Assembly (NCBI GenBank): GCA_903813345.2
Contig: CAIIXF020000001.1
Location: forward strand, 41,788,001-41,852,000
Direction: 5' to 3'
Length of the DNA stretch: 64,000 bases
DNA from: Owenia fusiformis
Lineage: Eukaryota
Shown here: piece by piece, positions 1-13,200 of the stretch
How positions within the stretch are numbered: position 1 is the first letter of the stretch
How the letters are laid out: each line of letters opens with the position of its first letter
Program-made: the position numbers and the translations under genes
The notes under the pieces: generated by a model
Told to the model about the DNA's origin: nothing
The model's database searches: none
What the model saw: only the letters and a program-made list of their open reading frames with translations

Positions 1-435
1 ATATGTGTCTATTAGAGAGAATAGTATTACTTATTCAATTTTTGCATTCATGTTACCCTGACCTGTTCACAATGAAATGAAATATCAATTACATCTTCAA
101 TCTCAGAAAGAGTTATGAACATCCTGACATTTAATTATCTTGACGTCTCGAATCTGATTGGATTATGATATTCAAGATAATGGAGAGGAAGTCATCAATT
201 TATACCGTCTGGTTCAAAATGTCAGCTTTTTTCGAAAGCTGGATAAATGACTGTCTCTTACCCGGGGTCTCTTAATTTACAAAAGTCAGGTGATCATGAT
301 TTTCTGGGAAAATCCATGCACAGATATAGTTCTAATTAGTCAAATCTAGCTTTGTAATTTAGTTCAAATATTTGAAGATGATAAAAACTGGGATAACTAG
401 GAAACTACATAATGTAAGTCCCATGCAATCAAATA

Positions 436-645
436 CGGGGGGTCCAAAAAGTGAACCCTTGCAACAAGCTATATCTCACTTGTTAATGGCATTAATGGGC
501 TAATATTCCCACATGTTTTAGAGGGTACCATAAAAGCCAATCAGTCTTAGATCGAGCAGAAGTTACATAGCGTTATATTAATCCATTAATGCCAGTATAA
601 CTAAGATATAGCTTGTTGCAAGGGTTCACTTTTTGGACCACCCTG
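436..645. mobile_element. Tc1/mariner-type MITE (~210 bp)
   Basis: ~40-bp TIRs cggggggtccaaaaagtgaacccttgcaacaagctatatct ... agatatagcttgttgcaagggttcactttttggaccaccctg, flanked by TA on both sides. Confidence 0.85.
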
Positions 646-733
646 TACATGTCCTGAGTAATGATGAGGTACTTGATAATTTGAAATATACGTTCTATCT
701 CATGTAAAATAATAATTGCTTTTGATTCTATAG

Positions 734-1082
734 AAGAAAGCTTCCATTTAGAGATTTCATTGCAAAATTAAAGATCTCTAGAGATACAACTAAAAGGAGA
801 TTTACCTGAATGCCAGTGATCTCCTTCAGGGGATGCTGGGAGATGTGTTAATAATAACAATGGTATCACTTGCAATCAAAGAGAAGAACAAAAGAGAAAA
901 ACAAAAAATAACCCGAGGAGCTTTATAATTGCTCAGTCATCATGACAAATACATGGTACGTGTAGGTGTTTCATGATATGGAAGCCTGATATTTCCGACT
1001 TATAGAAATATCTGATATTGACAAAGTTTGAGAGGTATACCTGAAGAAAGAGAAATCATTAATTGGAATAATGCAGCAGAAT
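734..1082 (+). other. Candidate 5' non-coding exon of gene 1
   Basis: Acceptor ttctatag ending at 733 and strong donor AT|gtaagt at 1083; stop codons in all three frames. Confidence 0.4.
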
Positions 1083-2871
1083 GTAAGTAATGATTTTATT
1101 CTGCGAAGGATTCAATAATTGACTGACTGTTATGTACTCTACCCCATAGAAAGCTTAGTTGACAATAAGATTCTATTTTAAATGAGGTGCTAATTATGTG
1201 ATACTGCAATATTACTCAATAAAGTATGAGTTCAAGATTTCTTACCTAGTTTTGGGGCGTAAAAATGGTTTTTGCTTAATTGTAAGGAAATATAATATGT
1301 TTTGAAAAATAAAAAAGCAATATCTCAGAATATTTTTATGGTAGCAATTATATGTATGCAACATCCTATACAGCATAAAATATATTTCTGGAAACTGAAA
1401 CAAACTTTTTGAGAGTTCCTTTCAATACAATTTACACATTGATTTCATTTGCTTCTTAAACAGCTTCCTCTTGAAGTTTATAATAGCCTCTGTGCTCAGT
1501 GTATATTAGAACATATAGTCTTACGTCAGGTTTAGGTTTATGGCATTTATAGTACTAATGTATCAATTAGCTCAAATTATGATCTTAAGGCCACAAGTAT
1601 TAAATGATCAAAGTTGCATATTAATATCAATAATCAATAAAAGCTGACTGTAAAGGGAAGAATGGTCAACAATTCTCTTCAAATAATTATTTCCTCCAAA
1701 TCAATAGCTTTTAACCTTGACTCTCGCATGTAGGAAATATAATACTTGGTAGTTTTAATGATGTAAAACATCACTGGATAAACCTAACCCAATCTGGCTG
1801 ATTTGCTAATAAAGATGTTAAAAGGTGTGACAAGGGTTACAGATGATTTGGAGGTCACTATTTAAAAAGTTGTCTCAATTTAAAACATCTATACTACAAT
1901 CTTCATTCATCATGCCTATTTTCCTAATCAACCAAGAGCTTTGACTTTATTTCATGATACATAGAACTAGTCTTCATTCATGTCTCTGGACACCCCCCTA
2001 CCCCCCCCCCCCTATCTACTTCTCCACTTGTGAGAGAGTTTGTAGTGGGGGGGGGGAGGGGGTCACAAGGGCTTATAGCTAGACTGCCATAGAACCAGAG
2101 CCATGATATAAACTCTGTAATATCTATTTCTGCCACCTATCTTTTACTTTCATTACAAATACAGTATTTCATTTTTGAGTCACAGATCACATTATTTCCA
2201 ATATTTTTTCAAATACAATGTGTTTACTTCAAAGAGTTTATATCAATAAAAATGTTGCAATTTATTGATCACTTTGAAAACTTTAAAAAATCAATACAAT
2301 GAAACGATGTCATGAAATATTCTTGAAATAAACCTGAAGTTGTCTGAAAACTGAAGGCATTGTGTTTGTATAAAAGGTAGGATAACAGGCTTATTTGTCC
2401 CTAGAAACCAAGTATTCAGACCAATAGAATTCCCTGGAATCTTGTTAAGATATTCAAAACATGCACTTGCATTCAAAGTACCTTATCCTGAAGCCTAATT
2501 TAGGTACAATGTACATAGAAAAGACGATAATATAAACCGCAATAATTTATATAAATATTTAAAAGATTAGGATTAGGCCTTAAGCATTGTATGTGTTGAG
2601 TTCACTTTACATTTATCATGACATGGATGGTGGTGGTCAGATCAAAACAGTTGTAAACAAATGGCAATGATGAGCTAGTTATTAGTGAATTTAGACTTGA
2701 TTAACTAGATTGAACTTTAGTGCCATAAATAGTGTAAAAAACTGGTCACTCATTATGAGGTGGGATGTGAAATGGATATATTCAGCGAAAAGTAATAGAC
2801 AGAAACCCTTGGAAAAACGGCAAACTGGTAAACCAAAATCAGCCCATAAAACTGGAAATGCAGCAAAAACA

Positions 2872-5037
2872 ATGAGTTCTAAATATAAGGGGTCAAAATC
2901 AGCCTCACTGACACGGTCAAGTGCTGTTCTAAATACACAGCGTCCAAAATCATCGTCAACTAAATCACGCTCTGTTCCATTTCAGAAACCAAGAGAGAGA
3001 TGGACTAAGCAACACTCCCAGGATATAGATCTGGATTATACAATGGATGCTATTCAGAGAAACCTCGAATATTTCCAATCTCTTAGGAAAAATAGGGAGG
3101 AATTCATTAATGATGTTACTGAAAAAAGTGATGATTTGAAAAAATATAGTCGCGACCAATTTGACTATTCTCTGAATAACAATGACCCAAGCAAAGTAAT
3201 ACAATGTTTTAGAAAATCCTCGTTACAGGATATATACAATGAAAAAACAAATGGGCCGAGTAAATCGGGTAGTCCCATTCACAACTCTAGGGCTAAGATT
3301 ATGAACAGTATTAGGACACGTCCTCGCACTGGGGCAAAATACAGCACACATGAACGCTCGTCCCGTTATTCCGGAATTACAAATACTATAAACAATAGCA
3401 ATGCAGAGTATACAGTGATTAAGTCAATACCTATACCTGGGATGACAAAACCAGATTTCATTTTGATACCAACAGCTAACAGCCTTGAAGAAAAAGCCCC
3501 ATTCTATGATCCAGCCATCTTGAACTTGGATAAGATGAGTCTGAGCCAAGGTGGGACTCGTCCAAATACAAACTATTCAGCAAGAACTGGTCTCATATCC
3601 CGTCAGTCAGTCCCAAGGATAATGTTACAGACTGGTAGCCCCATCCCGGATAGTCCAGCACCCTCCCCTGAGCCCCCCAAAGATGCTAAGGGAAAATCAG
3701 CCTCTAAGAAAGCAGCTGATTCAAACAGGTAAAATCATGGCCATCATGTACTCATATCGCTAATATTTTCTTTCATAAGAGAAATTGCTTTCTTTTCAGC
3801 ACTTTAGAGAAAATTTGTGAATGTTTCTAGACCTCAAGACATTAAGCCGGAAAACTAACGTCATTTTGAGCCACAGGGCTTGTTGAAAAACCTGCATACA
3901 GCTTTTACTAATTTATCATTTCTTAAAACCCTACAAAGTACCTTGGTGTCCTGAAAAAAGAAAAGTGTGGGGGGGGGAGTCATCATCAGGACCTGGTAAA
4001 CTAATAATGTTAAAAATAACAACCTTATCACAAACAAAACAATGTTTTAGTTAGTAAGTCTAAAGAGCTCTCGAATTATCATCTACCAAAGTGAACTGAT
4101 AGAATAAGAAGTCTTATCATATATATCTACTTAGCAATACTAAGAATATATATAATATATGATTGAAAAGCGCTGAGGTTTTTCTACTTAGAAGGTGTTC
4201 CACTTATAGAGGTTCATTTATCATCAACTCAGTTGGTCTTGGGACTTTGAAAAGTGTTCCACTAAACGAGGGGTTCCACTTCTAGAGGTGTTCCACTTTA
4301 CAGGTTTCACTGTACATGCATTATCCAAAATATGAAACCATGTCTATGATTCACATTAGATTAGAGTTTAAAGTATGTTAAAAAGAATTATTTCACCAAT
4401 TTAGTAATAAATTAATTTCAATTATTCATTGGAGATTTCTACTGTATTGAAATAATTTGACTATTTTGGTGCTTAACTGAAGAAGAAGTGTTTTTTCTGA
4501 ATTGATGGGCTTTTTTGATTTTGAAAGAGGGTTGTAAATAGTACTGTGGTATATTTTAATATTCATTAGCATAGTTGAAGATAATTTCTTGTATAAAGTT
4601 TGGTTTGTTGTGAAACAATCTTTTCTAAAAAATATATTTCGGTTTGTAAATATTAATTGTTCAAAACTAAAAAATAAATGACATTGTTACAAAATATATG
4701 TTCACACATTAAATTTACTCTCCAATTATTTTCCAGTAAAAATAACAAGGTGAAGAAAAAGCCCAAATGTTGGGTGGATACAGCGACAATATCAGACATC
4801 ATAGATGAAAATAGCAAGGGAAGGAGCAAAAACCAAAATTCAAAAAATGCAAAAAAGAAGAAGAAAATGGAGGAAGAAATGCTAATTGTGACATTAGATG
4901 ATATCCAAGATGAGGAGCTGCCATTACCGGACTATATTTGCCCAAGTTCTGCTGATAAATCAAAAGAGGCCGCAATCAGAAATTGGTTAAAAGAGACTAA
5001 ATTTACTACTGCTAATAAAACATTACCATTGTTATAG
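2872..5037 (+). CDS. Uncharacterised S/K/R-rich protein (~385 aa); coding exons 2872-3728 and 4737-5037
   Basis: 340-aa ORF with acceptor ttcag|2786 and donor AG|gtaaaa at 3729 joins in frame (AG+T=Ser) to acceptor ttccag|4737; ends ...AIRNWLKETKFTTANKTLPLL*. Start Met (MSSKYKG) inferred; no family recognised. Confidence 0.75.
4190..4312. mobile_element. Partial copy of the cagtaaaacc-type MITE
   Basis: gtgttccactt repeats and terminus caggtttcactg|ta, near-identical to 13122-13281. Confidence 0.75.
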
Positions 5038-5051
5038 TAATAGATAGTCAG

Positions 5052-5194
5052 CACTGGCGGATCCAGAAGTTAACAAGGGGAGGCCCATTTTTTGATAATC
5101 TGTCTTAAAAAGGCCAAGTTATGACCAAAAAGGCCTATTTTTGAGCCCCTATAAAATTTTTGTTTGAGCCCAAAATTTTTTGGATTTGCCAGTG
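5052..5194. mobile_element. Small MITE with 5-bp TSD, just after gene 1 stop
   Basis: TIR cactggcggatcca ... tggatttgccagtg; gtcag duplicated at 5047-5051 and 5195-5199. Confidence 0.75.
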
Positions 5195-6547
5195 GTCAGT
5201 TAGGGGGACAAAGGGAGGGGGAAAGAATTTCATTCATATTGCTAGTCACAATTTGAAGCATTAATTTTGAACTTATTTTTCTGTCTATATTGTTTGTTTA
5301 TCTAGAGCTGGAATTATATGTTATTGCTTGCCTTGTGGCATATAATGCTTTCAAGATTTAATATACATCGAGTCATCCTTATTCCCCATGTGAGGGAAAA
5401 TACAAAAATAAATATGTATGTATGATTAAAAATAAAATATATTATTTCAAGAATAAAACTTTTTCCTTCGAAATGCATTCAAAATAGACTTGATATTTCA
5501 ACATCATGTAATAGTATTGGATTCTGTTTTTAGCAAATAAGTTTAGGTTGATTATGGATATGGATTCCCAATCTTAAGATAATGTAATAACATCTTGAGT
5601 TTTCAACTGACACATGATCAGCAATCAATTATCAGAGAATTCTTTAACAAAATAGCTCTATGAAATCCATCAAAATCCTCATTTTAATCAAACAAACTTT
5701 TTAATAAAAGTCCTCAGTTGGTAGGATATTGGATACCTAAGAATGGTTTGAAAGGTCATATTTTCTAAAAATGTGTTTTAGATGAGATATCAAGGATAGA
5801 ACTTGTCATTTTTAAGTCATAAATTTTTTTTAATTGTCTTGTAGAGTGACCAGATCAGCTTGACCTTGAAGTTTGTACCAATTTCATCAATTTTACTTTC
5901 CATATTTGGAATGTGTAAAAATAGAGATGTCAATCAAATCTTTATAAAATGATCAGCCAAGAGAACTGTTTGGTTTTTGTTTTCCTGACCTGACTTTGCT
6001 ATCTTTGGAAAGTTCAGGTTTTTAAAAAGTTCCAAATTATTTGATATTAAAATACAGTAATAGCATTGAAGTACAGGTCACTATGACCTGCATGTATCAA
6101 AACAAACAAGTGATTCTTATTCTTATTGCCTGCATTTATCCCCAGCCTTCCAGAGGCTGGGTGCTCTGCAGAATTAAATTTGCTTGCTAATTTAGGGAAG
6201 CAATGTTTTGTGAACACTTTGATTGATGGAACAAGTTACAATTGGGAATTTGAGCAAGAAAATAAAGTTAGTAGTCTTCAAAAACATTTAAATTTTTTTT
6301 TCATTTTTTACCAAATTGTAGACAGAAGAAGTTTGATAGCTAAGGCTTTTAACTTCTTCTATTTATATAGGATAGAGTATTTGTTGCCTATATTAGAAAG
6401 TCAATTTCCTTGAGCATGCACTATTTAGTGTATTACATCGTGTATTAATTAAAACAAACAGTTCTTCGGAATGATAAATACAAGTATTTAATGTATACTA
6501 TACATGTACTTACAATTGCTCAGGCAGGAGGCATCGGCATTTTGGGT

Positions 6548-9445
6548 CTACAGATACATTGTAACAGCTAACAGGCCACTCAGCTTCAGTCTTTTGTCAT
6601 ACTTTATAGGCTGACTTTGCTTCCCTGTCTTTAAATTGAACTGAGCAAAAGCTTTTTCATAGCTTTGTGTAGATGGTTGTCCCAGCCCTATCAAAGAATC
6701 TTGAGCCCTGCATACACTCTCTGGCTCTATGGGTAACAAACCATTCATATATGATTCTGATTCCCCACTTTCTATGTTGTATTCAACGATATGGCCCGTG
6801 TTCTTGTACCATTTGCCAACAAATAAAATGAGTTTCTCAAATGCTAGTGGTATCCATGAAAACACACCCAATTTTCTGACATCATCTGAAAGTTCGATGT
6901 ATGACCATTGGTCAGTTCCTACTGAGTAGCATTGAATCTTGTCTTTGCAGGCGTAAATCTTGCCGTGATGCCCAATGCATGACAAACTAAAGTCTCCATG
7001 TAGTAAGGATGCACAATCATTCCATTCATCTGGAAAAATATTTCATTTTTCACTGACCATTGGCTATGATTCAATTAGTGGCCAACGCCAATATATGAAT
7101 GAATATCTTTAAAAACTAATTCTACATAGTAGATAAATTCACTCTTTCAAGATGAAAGGGGGTACATATTAAAATTCACATTTACCGCAGAACTTTAAAA
7201 CAATCTAAGATGAATATAAATAAGACTACATAAGGTGTATAAATAGCAATACCTGTTTCTGTGTTGTATTTCGTTACAGAATGCAAAATTTGCCTGTATT
7301 GCCCAAATCCTCCCACCAAATAGATGTCGCTACTAATACAGCATGACCCATGATGCCTCCTTTGCGATGGAATGTATGCAACTTCTTCCCACTTGGCAGG
7401 ATTAAATAGGTCATACCTCCACAGAGATCTTTGCCACTTGTTCCTACCAAAATCAACCTCACCCCCTGACACATACAAGTCTCGGTCCCCTGGAAAGAAT
7501 ATCAATCAAGTCAGTTTAAAATTATTTTATTTCAATTCAAAGAATTATATTTCTATCGAGAGGAATAACTCTGCTTCTTTCACAAGCCACATTCTGTAAA
7601 ATGACGCACAGTGAACATTACAGGAAAATATGATCGCAGCATTTTTTATTGTTTGACCTAAGTTTAACCATTATCAACAAATGAGAAACATAATGTTGAA
7701 GTACACACAATAACAAGGAAGGTGACAACATTGCAGTATTTGTATTTGAGTGCTGATATCACAGGATGACATTTGACTTTGAGTGTCAATGTTGAGTGAT
7801 GATATTTAAGGATGCTATTTGAGTGTCAATGTTGAGTGATGATATCTAAATGTTTGATTGGTGATATTTAGGGGTGATATTGAGTGTCAATGTTTGACTG
7901 GTGATATTTAGGGATAGTCCAGTATCAATTATGAGTAATAGGATTCAAGGATAATATATGAGGCTGATGTTTGAATGCTGATATCTAAGGATAATATTTA
8001 AGAGTAAATGTATGAGTAAATGATATTTGAGAGTCAATGTTTAAGCATACATTTTTTTGAGAATCGATATTTAAAATAAATGTCTATAATAAAATATGCA
8101 GCTCATTAAAAAATTGATCTTTTAACGTGACATAGAATTGAAGTCTACTTCTACGAGTACAACAAGAAATTAAAACTTACAGCATGTAGAATACTGCATT
8201 TTTGATAGTTCCTTCAAATACTGAATAAAAAATTTACCTAGAACACATAATGAAAATCCATTACAGTTTCTTGACTCCTCACCAAATGGTAAATCTATCC
8301 TCTTATCAAAGGTAAACCCAATTGAATCTGGGTTATCCAAAGAAGATTGACTCCCATACCTCTTTGAGGCCTGGTCAGCCAGTTTATTGGAGTCATAAAG
8401 CAGAAGAGATTTCCCCATAAATCTGTAGATAGCATTTGGTTCTTCTCTCTCTTCATCGGTTTCTGCCTCAGCAACTGCTACTATATATTGAGGCTTATAC
8501 CTTTCCTGGGGTAAAAATTATGGTTAATTTTAATTAAATTTAATGGACCAACAAAATGTCATAATTATTAATCATCTGAAAAGTACATGAAATCTTCTTT
8601 ACTTAAACAATTGCAATACATGTATGTAAATTACCTCAATATATTAAAGTATAAGTATATAATATATATAAGTACAGTATAATTTACATACTCCTACATA
8701 CCTTTGGTAAATTATTTATTTTCACAGATGCATCATTCAGCATTTTTGTGAACTCCCTAAACCTCATCTTCCATTCTTCTCCCATATCTTCAATAGGATT
8801 ATCAACAACCGTGATATCAACTTCTTTCAACTGAACACATTTTTTCGCCACATCTAGAATATCTTCAGCAGAGAAGTTTTCTGAAACATTTTCTGTTGAT
8901 TCAACCCAATGCAAAACAGCAGACAGTACCTCATTTTCTGACTCAATATTCAATGTTTCCTGAGACAGATAATTTACCAATTGTTCCTGAGTAAACTCCC
9001 TAAATGCATTACTGTTCCTTACATCACTGAAAAAATGCAAACTATATTTTGTGGCTATGTTGAACAGCTCTACGAGATGAAGACTCTGACTTAATTCTTT
9101 TATTTTCAAACAGTTGATGGGTGTAATATTTCTTGAGACATATCTCACACATGTCTTGACAGCGTCACTGAACTGGAACATGCAGGCTGTAGAAAGAATT
9201 TCACACATTGAGTCTGTTGAGAAGATGAGCTGTTCTCCATGAAGGTGCCTTATAAGAGGATATAAAGATTCATATGAAACGTCCTTTAGTCTTATTTCAT
9301 TAGCCTCAGACTCTAGCATATTAGCATTGAACATAGCTTGGAAATAGTCACTTGAGAGTATTAGCTGTTTTCTGCTACAGATAATTGTCTGGTTCTCCAC
9401 TATGAGCCTAACCTCATCATTTGTTGTATCATTGTTTCGCTCCAT
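6548..9445 (-). CDS. BTB-BACK-Kelch (KLHL-family) protein, ~576 aa; exons 9445-8702, 8505-8238, 7489-7253, 7029-6548
   Basis: BTB (SSDYFQAMFNANMLES), BACK (LNIESENEVLSAVLHWV) and Kelch repeats (LYVSGG, IYLVGG, YSVGTDQW); all introns GT-AG with matching phases, total 1731 nt. Acceptor at 9489-9490 implies an upstream non-coding exon. Specific ortholog not assignable. Confidence 0.92.
7770..8070. repeat. Degenerate ~40-bp tandem repeat in Kelch gene intron
   Basis: Recurrent gagtgtcaatgttgagtgatgatatttaagg units. Confidence 0.75.
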
Positions 9446-10069
9446 TTTTAGTCTGGCAAACCACTTTTGTCATCTGGTGCTTTTAGACCTGACAAATATA
9501 CAATACAATAAAATACAATACTATTCAAAAGTTCTAGATTCTTGAGACAAACACTACGTTTGTTCATAAGGTAAGAAATAGGCTTCAACCATCAGAACAG
9601 ATGATGGAGGTGTTTTGCATGAAAGGCAAATCCATGCCTGTGGGACAAAGCACAGATGCCAGCCATATTGTATGTGGAAGTTGTCTAGGCTCAATAAATA
9701 AACCTTATAAATTAGCCTTATTTTTCCAGCAAATGCGTGACAATCTGTCACAGATACTTATGTAATGGGTGGAGAATTGTGAAATAAAAAATGGAAAAAA
9801 TCTAGTTTCTCATATTGAGGTATTATTATTGAGGTACTGATACTACTACATACGATCGTGCCGGCACCTATGGGACAAAGAAGAAATCCAGTCTATTATC
9901 ACCCACCAAAATTTTTTTATGTAGCTTTGCCATAGACTAGTGACTGTTATATAGGTATTTCCTAAGCAAAATTAAGTATTTTCTATGTAATATAAAGTAT
10001 ATATGAATATAAAATATCGTTTGAGGATATCAGGTAAGCCATCGCTGTTGAAAGATACAAATAGAACGA

Positions 10070-10190
10070 AACTTTGAAATTTTTAGAAAAGTTTTATTAC
10101 CCAGGGTGCACCAGTAAATGCAATTAGCCAATCAGATCGCTCAAATTTTTCAAACCTCGAAATTTTGAAAAGGTGGACAGTCGAAATATT
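10070..10190. promoter_or_regulatory. Probable G2/M-type promoter of DLGAP5 (CCAAT + CHR), possibly shared with the Kelch gene
   Basis: agCCAATcag (CCAAT at 10128); TTTGAA at 10073 and 10164; TTCAAA at 10149; 130-225 bp upstream of the ATG. Confidence 0.55.
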
Positions 10191-10297
10191 TGCTCGACTT
10201 TCGGGCTATTTTCACATTTAATTCTGTAAAGAATAAAATTGTTTTTAATCTTACGTTTAGAACTCATATTAGAGTATTCACAGACGTCATTTTAAGT

Positions 10298-13200
10298 ATG
10301 GATCGTAAAGTTAATTCAAGAAATGATCACTTGGTGACGTATAAGCAAAAGGATGTCATCACCGACAAACGTGCGCTTCGTGCCCATAGACGATCGGTGG
10401 ACCAGAAACAGCTTCGAAATGATCGTTTTCAGAAGCTTAGGAATATGTCCCCTGTCAAGGAGGAGAAGAGTGTCCCTGTATCAAAAGCTAGTAGTAAGTA
10501 GACGACAAACTGTTTTATTTAGATCTAGTCATTCAGGACCACAAGAGCATGTAGCGCCATCTATATACTGTTATTGGTGGGCGTAGGGGGTCTCTTGAAA
10601 GCCCATGACCTGACCTACCATTTTGTGAAGTGAAGTTTGAATCAACGTTTGGGGGCTTGGGCTAGAATTAGTAATCTGGTGAACTGACTTTAGGTGCGGT
10701 TTTAATTGGTTGTATTTCCTGAATATTTCAACTTGAATGTTTTCCACTGGTCGAACATATTTTGCATATCACGTTAGACTTGTCTATTTTGCCTATTGCT
10801 TCCATGAAGTCATAATGTCTCGCAACAATGATCAATAGTAAATACTTCCGATACAGGGCGTGCAAAAACAAAAAGTAAAAAATTGGAGGTGATTGTTTCG
10901 TTTCGACAAGCTAAAACAATTTTAAAGTTAAAGCATATCAGAGAACATTGCAAAATGAACTAGGGAATGAGAAAGGTAAGATATTTGCGTGAAAACGAGA
11001 TAGGAAAAGGTGATTTTAGCAGATTTATTTTTTGTCAAAACATTGATGTTTTGTTTCAGACATCAATGCATCGGCAGAATCACTTTTGGCATTGTATATC
11101 GCAATGTATCAATTTATCGTGACAACACTATGATCAGGACCCCTTGGTCAGCACCATTTACACTTAGAGACCAACACTTATTGTCAGTGACATCTACAAT
11201 ATCTATTGTCTACATACATAAAAGTGAAGTTAAGAAATTCTCCCATTTTTATTTCTCTGTTAGGAGGACACTTAGTCTGTATCCGACAGTCAATTTTCAA
11301 AAAATGTCAGAACTATAGGAAAACGTGTTAAGTTACTGTGTGTATTTTCTTCAGAATCTGGTGATGCATTAAAAGACAGGTTAAAGAAATGGAAAGAAGA
11401 GCGTGATTTGAAGACAAAACTTGAGGCAAAGCAGAAAGGCAAGAAAGGAACATTTAAAGTGAGCCATTTGACTCACAACGACAATATTCTCTTCAAGAAG
11501 GAAACTGTAGACAAGAAAAAACCAAAGGTTTGTGTCCGTAACTTTACTTTCAAGTTTTAACATACTAGTAATTAAATCAAAACTTAGTTTTCATAGGTCA
11601 AGTATCCTGTTAACAGGGTGCGAACAGATTTTGAACGGGGTACTACAACACCCACTTTCTCTCAACATCTACATCAATAATCTGCAAAAGGCTAATAAGC
11701 CCATTTAAAGCAGATATATAGTTTAACAATGATATAATTTGAATAGAATACAATTTGAACCTTAAAGGCCCAGAGATTTGGACCCGGGTGAAGCTATTAA
11801 TCAAGCTGCCACTGTTCAGCCAATCAGTGCTAATGTGGCCAGTTTAAATGTCCAGCATATACAGAAACACATGGTCTGCTACAAGAGAGCTACAGCCTAA
11901 TGCTATGTTTGTTTACTTCTGAACAGATAAGAGATGACCATTGGTTGAAATTTAAATTTTCAGTTATACTAATGAGCATATTTACAAAAAGGAATTTGTC
12001 TTACTTCACAAAAACTAAAGAAACATTTTAGAATTTGATTTGAAATTTATAGTCATGATAGTTTCACAAACCTCTGACACAAAAAAGAGCTTGGAACTCA
12101 TGGTTACAATCTTGTTATAGTAGAAAGTTTGAATATTTTCTCATTTTGTTTGAACTGGACATTTAAACTGCCATATTTGGCTGTTGTGGGCTGTTCCATC
12201 TGCCTTTTATACCCGCTCTCAGCCTTTAACATTTAAAAAAATAGATCTATGGTGTACGACTCATTTTAAAATCATGAAATCACACTGAAATCATGAAACA
12301 CTTAAGGAGGCATCTTCCCCAAGGTCGATGCTCTCATGCTGAGAAGATTCCTGTATTGTGTAGCTTGTTTTTGCGAGTATTAAAATCCAAATTATTCATT
12401 ATTCACCAGACAACCAGTACAGCTAAAGTTACTGCTCCTGCCCCAGTTGCCAGCAGAGTGACAAGGAAATCCACCAGAATTGCCAGTCAGGGTGATGATA
12501 AACCAAAGCTACCACCAACCAAGACTACAAAAGCAGCCACTGCTAAACAAGTAATATATTTTATCAACATTCGGTACTCATCTAAAAAGCATGGCATAGT
12601 TTATGAAGATGTACTATATCAATCATTTTATAATTCTGAATGTAATACAGTTGGTATAGTTTATAATCAATAGTTTTACTATCTCTACACAGACTACATC
12701 TTCGTTCACTCAGCTCCCATCGCTCTGAACCCAGGGAAGACTGAAAGTACGAAGATGCATAGACAATAAAAATGAATTTGCACATAGCTTCAAATATTCA
12801 TGTTCCTTACAGGCCCCTGTAAAAAAGGCTGCTTCTAAGTCAGTGCCAGCAGTATCTAGGAGACCAACAAGACAACAGAGCACTAAACCACCCGTACCTG
12901 CAGCTAAAGGTGAGTTAACAAACCTGATCTTATTATTTCCCACTTCCTCCAATGAACCTTTGTGGCAAAATCAGTCATTGTTCATTTATCACCTTGGATG
13001 AAGATGCTATTACAAAATGATTCAATTCAGTGACAAAAAATGATACAATGACATGTTAATATTACCATTTAAATTGTAATATTGATTTTGGAAATGCTGA
13101 TATTTACCCAATTTAGATATACAGTAAAACCTGTATAAGTGGAACACCTTTTGTACCTCTAAAAAGTGTTCCACTTATAGAGGTTCATTTAACATTAAGT

